Positions 37,236 to 44,620 of a DNA stretch of 47,775 bases are shown piece after piece (the first letter of the stretch is position 1; each line of letters begins with the position of its first letter). Where the stretch lies: the sequence record PZ445409.1, one strand, 5' to 3'. The stretch comes from a phage. The position numbers and the translations under genes were made by a program. The notes under the pieces were generated by a model, which did no database searches, had not been told where the DNA came from, and saw only the letters and a list, made by a program, of their open reading frames with translations.

Positions 37236-37618
37236 GAATATTTGGCCTCAAAAAGATAAGAGTAACCAGCAGAGAATCCGACCTCCTCGCGGTAGAGCGT
37301 CCATCGGTCGCCGTCCTCATCGAAGACGTAACCAGCAACTGATCCAAGAACGCGACCCTGTTCGACCTGGTAACGCTTTCCAGCTTTAAAACTTTTTTTG
37401 GTTTTCACCCGGTGATCAACAAACGTACATAGAATCGTCTTTGCCTTGATAGTGCGGTATTCGTCCTGGTTGGCTGATTCCCACTTCGCGCCCTTAGCCA
37501 GCGCCTTAACCTGAAATTCCTCCACCTCGATCACGTCGTCGCTGCCAGCTACTTTTGTGTAAACAGTTTTATAGCGACAGTTCATCAATTTGTTGTCGGA
37601 ATTGCGGATAACTTTCAT
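37232..37618 (-). CDS. hypothetical protein
   Basis: 128-aa ORF with GGAG RBS; first gene after promoter unit 37651-37693. Confidence 0.5.
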   Translation of the reverse strand: MKVIRNSDNKLMNCRYKTVYTKVAGSDDVIEVEEFQVKALAKGAKWESANQDEYRTIKAKTILCTFVDHRVKTKKSFKAGKRYQVEQGRVLGSVAGYVFDEDGDRWTLYREEVGFSAGYSYLFEAKYS

Positions 37619-37650
37619 TTGATTTTCTCCAGTTGTTTTCGTTGAAACGC

Positions 37651-37693
37651 ATTATGCCCGACTCAAGGTAGGGCGTTTTAACAAAAAGTGCTA
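37651..37693 (-). promoter_or_regulatory. phage promoter unit (element + CATAAT)
   Basis: Minus strand element starts with methyltransferase-like gene stop TAG; hexamer at 37656-37651. Confidence 0.6.
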
Positions 37694-38377
37694 TTTTGAG
37701 TTTGCCTCAAATACGGCGCGAGCAAATCCTCGCGGAGTGAGGGAGCGTAGTTGCTTTGTTCTGGCAGACTTACCTCCTAAAAACTTCCAACCCCAAAAGA
37801 ACATTACTCCCTCATCATTGCGTAACGGCTTGCGTTCCGGTTCGGTAAATCCGTTGCCGCACCAGATAGCCGTCCTTTTTGTGTAGCCATCCTTTAGCGG
37901 CATCTTGGGGTGAAAAGATCCATCGGATTCGTCCAGGTAGTTACCAAAATCGCGCGGATTGAAATAAAAATCAGGCTTGCGCCATAGCGTTGATAGTCGG
38001 CCTACAGGATTCTCAGCCATCCAGGGAACACCGAAATGATTCCCGACAGTTTCAACCATGATTGCATTTTTGAGCGCGATCTGAATATCATCATCGCTTC
38101 GCACGTGCTTGCTTCCTGATTGGGCAAACATGGTGCAGTCTGGAAATCCAAATACAATATCTGGTTTTGGAATATCCATCTTACTGATTCTTTCAATGAA
38201 ATTTTCATCAATCCACATATTAACATAATGCAGATTTTCATTCTTCATCTTGATGAAATATTCGCCGTGATTTCCCTCATCAGCGTTAAAGCAATAGCAT
38301 TGATAGCCAGCCTTCGCATATTCAAGCAGCATGATTCCAGATCCATCAAACATTGAGTAAGCAACTTTATTTCCCAT
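37691..38377 (-). CDS. DNA C5-cytosine methyltransferase-like protein lacking a target-recognition domain
   Basis: 228-aa ORF from ATG 38377 (track start 38437 is TTG); motif I SMFDGSG, motif IV-like DIVFGFPDC, motif VI-like MAENPVG, motif X-like RSLTPRGFARA; no region long enough for a TRD; TAG stop is first triplet of promoter element. Confidence 0.55.
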   Translation of the reverse strand: MGNKVAYSMFDGSGIMLLEYAKAGYQCYCFNADEGNHGEYFIKMKNENLHYVNMWIDENFIERISKMDIPKPDIVFGFPDCTMFAQSGSKHVRSDDDIQIALKNAIMVETVGNHFGVPWMAENPVGRLSTLWRKPDFYFNPRDFGNYLDESDGSFHPKMPLKDGYTKRTAIWCGNGFTEPERKPLRNDEGVMFFWGWKFLGGKSARTKQLRSLTPRGFARAVFEANSK

Positions 38378-38894
38378 GATTTTTATGATACCCCAATTCA
38401 TTCTCGGCTTTACGTTTTGCGGCAACAGCATCCCCAAAACTGGAGAAACAACCTATATAAATCCTACTTCCTCGCTTTCCGCTTCCAACCCTTACAACCC
38501 ATTTGCCATGTTTATTTTTATGCACACCTGGTATGCCACTTGTATTGTTTTTCTGCTTTGATGTGTTTCGCATATTTCCTTTGTGATCTTTTAACTCAAA
38601 GTTTATTGCTCTGTTATCAGTCGTAATGTGATTTAAGTGATCAACCTCCATTCCTTCCGGTATAGGCCCATAGTGCATTTCATAGCATATTCTATGAACT
38701 TTCAGGTTGTAACGTTTTCCGTTTACAGTAAGTGCGGTTTCTAAATATCTGCCACCACTACCCAAAGAGCCAACCTCATTACCAGCATTGCAAGCATTCC
38801 ATTGTTTAACTCTTGATTGGTGAATATCTTTTCTTTCTTTCCAGAACAGCTTTCCAGTTTCTGGATTGTATGTAAAGTAATCGTGCCAATTCAT
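38367..38894 (-). CDS. HNH homing endonuclease with AP2-like DNA-binding domain
   Basis: 175-aa ORF with GAGGTGA RBS; HNH motif EVDHLNHITTDNRAIN; C-terminal GVHKNKHGKWVVRVGSGKRGSRIYIGCFSSF AP2-type fold signature; 3-prime end overlaps start of methyltransferase-like gene. Confidence 0.7.
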   Translation of the reverse strand: MNWHDYFTYNPETGKLFWKERKDIHQSRVKQWNACNAGNEVGSLGSGGRYLETALTVNGKRYNLKVHRICYEMHYGPIPEGMEVDHLNHITTDNRAINFELKDHKGNMRNTSKQKNNTSGIPGVHKNKHGKWVVRVGSGKRGSRIYIGCFSSFGDAVAAKRKAENELGYHKNHGK

Positions 38895-38902
38895 TCATCA
38901 CC

Positions 38903-39127
38903 TCAAAACGGAAAACAGCGAGGACAGCTAGGATCGAAATCGCATCCACAATCATTAACAATCATAGTTGGATCTGCAAATATTGCGCTTGATTCAAGAT
39001 TCATATCCATATCACCTAGCGCCTCATCAAGAGTCTTAATTTTATATGCCACTTCAAGCGCCGCCTCTTTATTTAGTCCAGCATCTTCTGCCATTTGAAG
39101 TCGCTCAAAAAAACCGTCTTGACTCAT
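38903..39127 (-). CDS. hypothetical acidic protein with C-terminal Cys cluster
   Basis: 74-aa ORF; ATG overlaps stop of upstream small membrane ORF; ends CGCDFDPSCPRCFPF. Confidence 0.5.
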   Translation of the reverse strand: MSQDGFFERLQMAEDAGLNKEAALEVAYKIKTLDEALGDMDMNLESSAIFADPTMIVNDCGCDFDPSCPRCFPF

Positions 39128-39240
39128 CGCATAATCCCCTTAATAACAGCCAAGATAATAGCCAGGCCAGCAGCAGTAACCAAAAATCCAACCGCGCCAA
39201 TAATCGAATAAAAAAAGAAATCAATAGCTTTATCTATCAT
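39124..39240 (-). CDS. small membrane protein (38 aa, not in ORF track)
   Basis: ATG 39240 with GAGGTGG RBS right after a minus-strand terminator; single hydrophobic helix; TGA overlaps next ATG. Confidence 0.4.
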   Translation of the reverse strand: MIDKAIDFFFYSIIGAVGFLVTAAGLAIILAVIKGIMR

Positions 39241-39282
39241 TTTCCACCTCATTTAAAAGGCGGCAAAACGCCGCCAGATTAA

Positions 39283-39510
39283 TTAAAGAGCGCGCCAACT
39301 TTGAATATAGAAATCGTTTTCTTCCAGTAATTCTTTTACCTGATCTTTATTGTATTTGCGCACCTTGCCGCCTGGATGGATACCAATAAGATAGCCGCCT
39401 TTGCCCTCGGTGATAGTGATTTGGCTAATTCCGCAGGACTTATCAAGTTTTACAGCCACGCGGTGATGAGCGTCAATAGTTGCCATAATGTTTAAAACTT
39501 TTGCTTTCAT
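39283..39510 (-). CDS. hypothetical protein
   Basis: 75-aa ORF with GAGGA RBS. Confidence 0.5.
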   Translation of the reverse strand: MKAKVLNIMATIDAHHRVAVKLDKSCGISQITITEGKGGYLIGIHPGGKVRKYNKDQVKELLEENDFYIQSWRAL

Positions 39511-39618
39511 TTAAATATCCTCAATTGAAATATGAATGACGTGGTGCTCTTTTTCCGTCGCCGCCGTAATGGTCATTTGCAACCGCCACCATCCAAGCGT
39601 TTTTGAAAATAAATAGCC

Positions 39619-39831
39619 TCATTTCTTATTTTTCAGCTTAAATTTATGACCTGGAAGACCAGCGCCAATATACCCATCGTTGTATTCCATCAAATAAAGG
39701 TGAATACCATTATCTGAAATTACATGAGGATCTTCTTTGAGATTTCCCATTAGTGGATATTCTTTTTCGCGCGTAAATTTCCAAATTGAGTTATAAGTTT
39801 CTACGCATTTAAGTTTTAATTGCTTTGCCAT
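39619..39831 (-). CDS. hypothetical protein
   Basis: 70-aa ORF; TAATG overlap with upstream gene. Confidence 0.5.
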   Translation of the reverse strand: MAKQLKLKCVETYNSIWKFTREKEYPLMGNLKEDPHVISDNGIHLYLMEYNDGYIGAGLPGHKFKLKNKK

Positions 39832-40028
39832 TAGATGATCTCCATGTATGTTTCAAAGCCATTTAACTTGAACAGGCCGTTTTCACACTTGCGCACGTTC
39901 CAGGTTAGGCCGGAGTGGTACGCTTCCATATCTTCAAGGTCAATGGTGATTTCAGCACCTTTCTTAAACAGACCTTTCTCATGAGACTTGTCGCGCTTGA
40001 TAACCTTAACGTCAACCTGCGTTTCCAT
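39831..40028 (-). CDS. hypothetical protein
   Basis: 65-aa ORF from ATG 40028 with GAGGA RBS 7 nt upstream (track start 40034 is TTG); first gene after promoter unit 40060-40102. Confidence 0.5.
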   Translation of the reverse strand: METQVDVKVIKRDKSHEKGLFKKGAEITIDLEDMEAYHSGLTWNVRKCENGLFKLNGFETYMEII

Positions 40029-40059
40029 TTTCAATTCCTCGTTCGTTGTCGATGCGTGT

Positions 40060-40102
40060 AATGTACAGGAATGCGAGGATTGAGTTTTAACAAAAAGTGC
40101 TA
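40060..40102 (-). promoter_or_regulatory. phage promoter unit (element + TACATT)
   Basis: Minus strand element 1 nt after TAA stop; hexamer followed by conserved ACACGCATC leader. Confidence 0.6.
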
Positions 40103-40103
40103 T

Positions 40104-40370
40104 TTAGTCCAGGAATTCGATTTCACGCTCTCCAGTTAACGGATCTACAAGCCAGAAGCCGAGCGCCTCACCGTAAACACCGCCATAGAATCCAAGCGCC
40201 GCCAGATCTTCACCTTTAACGAATGCCAGGTTTCCGCTGCGGCTTACGTGAGACACGTTAACGATAACCGGAAAGGTGCGATCCTTAAATGCAGGCATCA
40301 GGGCGTAACATCCTTTATTGAGCAAACGTGCTTTGCGCTTTACTGGAATAGGTGCATTGATACGTGCCAT
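40104..40370 (-). CDS. hypothetical protein
   Basis: 88-aa ORF with GGAGA RBS; ATGA overlap with upstream gene; stop directly followed by promoter element. Confidence 0.5.
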   Translation of the reverse strand: MARINAPIPVKRKARLLNKGCYALMPAFKDRTFPVIVNVSHVSRSGNLAFVKGEDLAALGFYGGVYGEALGFWLVDPLTGEREIEFLD

Positions 40371-40582
40371 CAGTTGATTCTCCCATACAGATCACAGACT
40401 TCGTTGATAAAATTGCTTTGCGCCCCTTTGTTGTCACGCTCAAGAATTGCGCGGCATTCAAACTTATGATTATGCACGATGACTACAACCATGTTTTCAG
40501 GCATTGAGCGGTTATAGCGTTGCGCATCACTGATTGAAACATCCATACCCATCTCACGGGCTTTCTTGATCACATCCAACAT
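40370..40582 (-). CDS. hypothetical protein (paralog of 40570-40836)
   Basis: 70-aa ORF from ATG 40582 with AGGAG RBS; C-terminal ..NKGAQSNFINEVC resembles ..IKGRADFINDVC of the upstream gene. Confidence 0.5.
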   Translation of the reverse strand: MLDVIKKAREMGMDVSISDAQRYNRSMPENMVVVIVHNHKFECRAILERDNKGAQSNFINEVCDLYGRIN

Positions 40583-40836
40583 TTTTTCTTCTCCTGCAAT
40601 AAGCAAACATCATTGATAAAATCAGCGCGGCCTTTAATGTTGCTGATGTGGAAAGTCTTTTCAGCGTACAGGCCATCACCTTCAATCACGATCATTACGC
40701 GAGTCGGTTTATTCACGGGCGCACATGAAAAGAGTGGGCGCACCGGAAGAAATTTAGTAGTCACATCCAGGTTATCCCTGGCCGCCCTGCAAAATGCCTC
40801 CGCCAGATCTAAATCATTTTCGGTAATCACCGCCAT
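40570..40836 (-). CDS. hypothetical protein (paralog of 40370-40582)
   Basis: 88-aa ORF; TAATG overlap with upstream gene. Confidence 0.5.
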   Translation of the reverse strand: MAVITENDLDLAEAFCRAARDNLDVTTKFLPVRPLFSCAPVNKPTRVMIVIEGDGLYAEKTFHISNIKGRADFINDVCLLQEKKKCWM

Positions 40837-41108
40837 TACTTCTTGATCTCCTCACTGATAAATTTCAGCACCCGGCGCAAGAAAACTTCGTTGTTGATAG
40901 TCGCTGGCAATTCTTCTTTCACCTCTTGCGGCAGATAGATATTGCCGTGCCAGGTCAAGCAATCGTAGTTGATACGATAAGAGCAAAGCCACTCGCAATC
41001 GTTATCTGCTTCCCAAATGCAGAGTTGCAGAACATCTCCTAAGTTCTCAACAGTCAGATCCAGACCGTGACGCTTAGCGAAATTGAAAGTGGTTTTGCTG
41101 ATGTTCAT
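40836..41108 (-). CDS. hypothetical protein (first gene of leftward operon)
   Basis: 90-aa ORF with AGGAG RBS, 30 nt after promoter hexamer at 41144-41149. Confidence 0.5.
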   Translation of the reverse strand: MNISKTTFNFAKRHGLDLTVENLGDVLQLCIWEADNDCEWLCSYRINYDCLTWHGNIYLPQEVKEELPATINNEVFLRRVLKFISEEIKK

Positions 41109-41143
41109 TTGCTATCTCCTGAGCGGTTTGTTTTGATGTGTGT

Positions 41144-41186
41144 AATGTACCCGATCAGGTGGCCTGAGTTTTAACAAAAAGTGCGA
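41144..41186 (-). promoter_or_regulatory. phage promoter unit (variant element + TACATT), first leftward promoter
   Basis: Minus strand TCGCACTTTTTGTTAAAAC + 18 nt + TACATT + ACACACATC leader; AGGAG RBS; ATG 41108. Confidence 0.6.
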
Positions 41187-41218
41187 TTTGACGGTTAGCG
41201 CCAGGATTGTGATAGAAA

Positions 41219-41306
41219 TAATCAAAAGTAATCATTCGTAATCAAATCACGTCAAAATGATGATTGCCTTTGCAAATTTGATGAGAAAAGTAATCACGTT
41301 TAATCA
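41219..41306. repeat. 10-bp-phased GTAATCA/TAATCA iteron-like repeats
   Basis: TAATCA at 41219, 41229, 41239 and at 41291, 41301 (exact 10-bp spacing within each set); partial inverted copy TGATTG at 41261. Confidence 0.5.
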
Positions 41307-41726
41307 TTGGTTGCAGTGGAGATAGTGAAACCTTCCCCTCTTGCCTCACTTTTCCGCCTGGCTGTCAGTGGTTGTTATGTTCCGTTTTCGCCTGTTCTTT
41401 TGTTGACCTTCCGCAAAATACGATAACAAAAAATAACAAACAATACCTATATAATACATTGAAAAATAAGGATTATTTATTTATATGTATCTATATATTC
41501 TCTTTTGTTATCTTGGTTATTGTGGTATTTGGTGGGGGTATATAGTTTTTGTGTATCTATATGTGTGTATGGGTATGTAGGGGCATATATATCTATATGG
41601 CACTTTCCGCGATAAAACTTCGATAACAAGCAATGATAACATTGATTTATAAGGAAAAATAACGCCCATATTGTTATTGTGCCACCATATAAAATTGATA
41701 AAACACGCGGGAACAAGAAAAAACAG
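41307..41726. repeat. AT-rich regulatory region B, paralogous to region A
   Basis: TTCCGC..CGATAAC at 41409-41427 and 41605-41627; GTATCTATAT blocks at 41487, 41553, 41589; T/G-rich core 41499-41545; GGGAACAAGAAAAA at 41709-41722. Confidence 0.5.
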
Positions 41727-41755
41727 TTGACACATTAAATAGCATTATTGATAAT
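41727..41755 (+). promoter_or_regulatory. near-consensus sigma70 promoter (TTGACA-17-GATAAT with TG) for rightward operon
   Basis: -35 at 41727-41732, extended -10 TGATAAT at 41749-41755; preceded by GGGAACAAGAAAAA element. Confidence 0.6.
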
Positions 41756-41783
41756 GCCCACACCTAACAACCAGGAGGTAGAA

Positions 41784-42248
41784 ATGAGCGAGCAATCATT
41801 CACTGACACGCTGCGCCGTGCCGCTATTATGCTTGCCAATGGCGAGGAAGAGACGATCAAGATTCCTGACGCGTATTTGCAGGTCCACATGTTCGGCAAG
41901 AAGTCGGCAAGCAATCCGGCGGCCTACATTCGCCAGATCATGAGTCGAGTGCCAGAAGTCGCCGAGCGGGGGCGTGTATCCGTTACACGTGGCGTTTACG
42001 GGCCGGAAGATGAAAACTTCGGTAGCACTTTCTACGAGGTGCGGATTGTTGAAGGCCGTCGCAAGGTTTACAACAAAGAGGCACTGGAAAGGGCAGTGCG
42101 CCAGGCTAAGCGCAAGGTTGCAGAGGCGATCATTGATATGTCACCAAACCTGGCAAACTATGCGCCGGAAGAGTATGAAACATTATCAAAGGCCGTCGCT
42201 GACTTTCACGCGATGATCAAAAAAACTTTCCTGGAGGATGAGCAATGA
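41784..42248 (+). CDS. hypothetical protein (first gene of rightward operon)
   Basis: 154-aa ORF from ATG 41784 with AGGAGG RBS, downstream of near-consensus sigma70 promoter 41727-41755. Confidence 0.55.
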   Translation: MSEQSFTDTLRRAAIMLANGEEETIKIPDAYLQVHMFGKKSASNPAAYIRQIMSRVPEVAERGRVSVTRGVYGPEDENFGSTFYEVRIVEGRRKVYNKEALERAVRQAKRKVAEAIIDMSPNLANYAPEEYETLSKAVADFHAMIKKTFLEDEQ

Positions 42249-42505
42249 AAAAGGCATTAATCGGCGTTTTGGTGGCAATGACACTCCTGACCGGATGCGA
42301 AAAGGCATCAGAATCAACGGTTGTCGTAGGCGTGGAGTCAGATTTCAAAGTCGGTCGCCTGTTCACTGTTGACGGATGCACAGCATACAGATTCTATGAT
42401 AACGGTCGCGCGATCTATTACACCAGTTGCAAAGGCGCAACGGATAGCACGTACAACAGCGGAAAGAACGTAATGCACCAGCAAGTCACAACAGATATTA
42501 AATAG
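42245..42505 (+). CDS. putative lipoprotein
   Basis: 86-aa ORF, ATGA overlap; signal peptide with lipobox LLTGC; small Cys-containing mature domain. Confidence 0.6.
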   Translation: MKKALIGVLVAMTLLTGCEKASESTVVVGVESDFKVGRLFTVDGCTAYRFYDNGRAIYYTSCKGATDSTYNSGKNVMHQQVTTDIK

Positions 42506-42545
42506 CACTTTTTGCAAAAACAGATTGTCGGGCTTGCGGTATAGT
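42503..42545 (+). promoter_or_regulatory. phage promoter unit (variant element + TATAGT)
   Basis: TAGCACTTTTTGCAAAAAC begins with lipoprotein stop TAG; hexamer 42540-42545. Confidence 0.55.
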
Positions 42546-42576
42546 AAGCCCATCAACAACAAACGAGGATTAAATC

Positions 42577-42840
42577 ATGGCTAACAAGATCGAATTTTTT
42601 AAAGCGGTAGACATTATTGATGGCGCGCCTAGCTTCTTTGCCATCCATTCTATTGACGGCAAGGATATTGGGTACAACGTTATCCGTCGAGATGGAATCT
42701 CAAAACTTAGTGACCTGGTAGGTCATGTTGTGGCAAACGGGAAATGTGCATGGCCCGATTCGCCACGAGAGCCACGCCGCCGCGACATGGTAGAGCCTGT
42801 TCTGCTTTACACGCTGGTAGTAGAAGGAGAAAATAAATGA
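42577..42840 (+). CDS. hypothetical protein
   Basis: 87-aa ORF with GAGGA RBS after promoter unit 42503-42545. Confidence 0.5.
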   Translation: MANKIEFFKAVDIIDGAPSFFAIHSIDGKDIGYNVIRRDGISKLSDLVGHVVANGKCAWPDSPREPRRRDMVEPVLLYTLVVEGENK

Positions 42841-43022
42841 TTTGGTTACTTGCTTTTTTGGTTGTTTTTCTTTACATTTCAGGCTTGTTTACGTTCCGCG
42901 CGTTGGTGAAATATTCTTACACGACAGACAAAGACGATAAAATCGTTCTCGCTTTCTGGTTTGTTTGGGTGTGGTTAGCAATTTACGAGATCATCAGAGA
43001 CAAACAGAAATTTGAGTGGTGA
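42837..43022 (+). CDS. small membrane protein
   Basis: 61-aa ORF, ATGA overlap; two hydrophobic helices. Confidence 0.5.
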   Translation: MIWLLAFLVVFLYISGLFTFRALVKYSYTTDKDDKIVLAFWFVWVWLAIYEIIRDKQKFEW

Positions 43023-43081
43023 TTCTTGCTATGGCGCATTCATGCAGTGCGCCATGTTGAGAAAACCTAAAGGGGGAAATG

Positions 43082-43213
43082 ATGCGTAACTTTGAAAAAA
43101 TCATTACCAAAAAGAAGCGTCGCGGGTACGATGAGCATGTGGAGCTTGTGAAAAAGCAACGCAAGAAGCGCGGGAAAAAATTTAATGCGATTTTTCGCTA
43201 TGGAGATCATTAA
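43082..43213 (+). CDS. hypothetical small basic protein (not in ORF track)
   Basis: 43-aa Lys/Arg-rich ORF with AAGGGGG RBS; translated by hand. Confidence 0.35.
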   Translation: MRNFEKIITKKKRRGYDEHVELVKKQRKKRGKKFNAIFRYGDH

Positions 43214-43215
43214 TC

Positions 43216-43806
43216 ATGAAACGAGACATTATCATCCTTAATGGGCCGCCAGGTTGCGGGAAGGACACTATTGCAGCTTACCTAACGGGCCATCGTTACC
43301 CTGCTGTCAAGGCGTCATTCAAACAGCCGATGTTCGATATTGCTTTTTCTATGCTGGGCGTGTACCGATACGATGAATTTATGGACCTGTACAACGACCG
43401 AGAGCAAAAAGAAAAGCCTCAAGTTATCTTAGGCGGCAAGTCACCTCGACAATTCATGATCTGGATTAGCGAGGATGTAATGAAGCCAGTTTTTGGGGAT
43501 CACTATTTCGGGCGTCGAATGGTTGAAGAGATTCACGAGATGTACCGAGATTTGGCGGTTGTGATCAGTGATGGCGGATTCCCCGAAGAAATCAAGCCGC
43601 TGGTTAAGGCAGGGCATGAAGTGCATATTTGCCGATTGCATCGCGACGGCTTCACGTTTGCTGGCGATTCGAGAGACTACATTGACCTGAGCGGTTATCA
43701 CTATCGAATCCATCACTATGATTTCCACTTGCAGGACGGTAAGCCGGAGCTGGCTGTAAGCGAGATCGTCAATGCAGTCAAATGGAAGCACACACAGATT
43801 AAATAG
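43216..43806 (+). CDS. P-loop kinase, deoxynucleoside monophosphate kinase-like
   Basis: 196-aa ORF; N-terminal ILNGPPGCGKDT P-loop as in phage dNMP kinases; TAG stop is first triplet of promoter element 43804-43846. Confidence 0.5.
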   Translation: MKRDIIILNGPPGCGKDTIAAYLTGHRYPAVKASFKQPMFDIAFSMLGVYRYDEFMDLYNDREQKEKPQVILGGKSPRQFMIWISEDVMKPVFGDHYFGRRMVEEIHEMYRDLAVVISDGGFPEEIKPLVKAGHEVHICRLHRDGFTFAGDSRDYIDLSGYHYRIHHYDFHLQDGKPELAVSEIVNAVKWKHTQIK

Positions 43807-43846
43807 CACGAATTGCTAAACGCGGGGTTATCGGCCCCGCTATAAT
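43804..43846 (+). promoter_or_regulatory. phage promoter unit (variant element + TATAAT)
   Basis: TAGCACGAATTGCTAAAC begins with kinase stop TAG; hairpin gcggggttatcggccccgc; hexamer 43841-43846. Confidence 0.55.
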
Positions 43847-43876
43847 GCTCACATCAACAATCAAGAGGAAATCACA

Positions 43877-44257
43877 ATGGTTAACATCAGAAAAATTCGC
43901 GTCGGCACTAAATTCTTAGTTACTTACGCAATTCCAGATAGCGGAATGAAGAAGGGCCAGATTGTTAAGGTTGATAGCAAAAGGTTCGGAATCCCTGGTA
44001 TCAATGGCTATCTAATCAATAAAGATCTTGGATTCGACGGCTTCGCTATCCGTGCGCTTGAGGGTATTGTTGCAACTCTTAAACGAATTACTAATCATCG
44101 CGGCTGCCCAATCAAGACGATTAAAGCGCCAATAAATTACGGCAAACTGGATAATCGTCGAATCCGCCGCCTGGCGCGTAACGCGTTAAAATTCCGTGGC
44201 GTAGGCGATGATTTCTACTATGGATACAAGAGGATTGCGCGCAATGCTGGGAAATAA
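43877..44257 (+). CDS. hypothetical protein
   Basis: 126-aa basic ORF with AGAGGA RBS after promoter unit. Confidence 0.5.
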   Translation: MVNIRKIRVGTKFLVTYAIPDSGMKKGQIVKVDSKRFGIPGINGYLINKDLGFDGFAIRALEGIVATLKRITNHRGCPIKTIKAPINYGKLDNRRIRRLARNALKFRGVGDDFYYGYKRIARNAGK

Positions 44258-44356
44258 CAATAAAGCAACGAATCCTAAGCCACCTTTTGATTTTCATTCC
44301 GCAATGATTGCGGTATTATCAATGCTACTTTTTCTTTATAGCATGAGGGCGCTACT

Positions 44357-44620
44357 ATGGTTTTTAACGCATTGAAACGACTGTTTAAGCCGGAATACCG
44401 GATCGTTGCTTGCACAGAATGCAAGATTTATTATCTGCAACGCCGCCGCGTTATTAGTGGGGATTGGGAATATCTGACGGATGATGCTTTCGGCTTTTGG
44501 GCTATGGAGTTCAATAGCTACAGCGAAGCGCTCGAATACGCTAAAAAGTTGCACAAGTTCAGACCTTACAAGCTGCGTTTGCTGGTTGTCAAAAAGTGCG
44601 ACGTATGGGATCACGAATGA
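44357..44620 (+). CDS. hypothetical protein
   Basis: 87-aa ORF with GAGGG RBS; hairpin then TATTAT 38 nt upstream. Confidence 0.5.
   Translation: MVFNALKRLFKPEYRIVACTECKIYYLQRRRVISGDWEYLTDDAFGFWAMEFNSYSEALEYAKKLHKFRPYKLRLLVVKKCDVWDHE
44586..44601 (+). promoter_or_regulatory. inverted copy of conserved element 15 nt before ATG 44617
   Basis: TTGTCAAAAAGTGCGA lies inside the 3-prime end of ORF 44357-44620. Confidence 0.35.

Noticed and set aside
38367-38894. HNH endonuclease considered as a terminase-associated cos-cutting factor
   Set aside because: It is 38 kb from terS/terL, carries an AP2-type DNA-binding domain typical of free-standing homing endonucleases, and the terS/terL pair suggests headful packaging.
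44277-44319. Hairpin (ccgcaatgattgcgg) + TATTAT upstream of gene 44357 considered as another family member
   Set aside because: The upstream sequence matches the 19-bp consensus only weakly; kept as a possible generic promoter.
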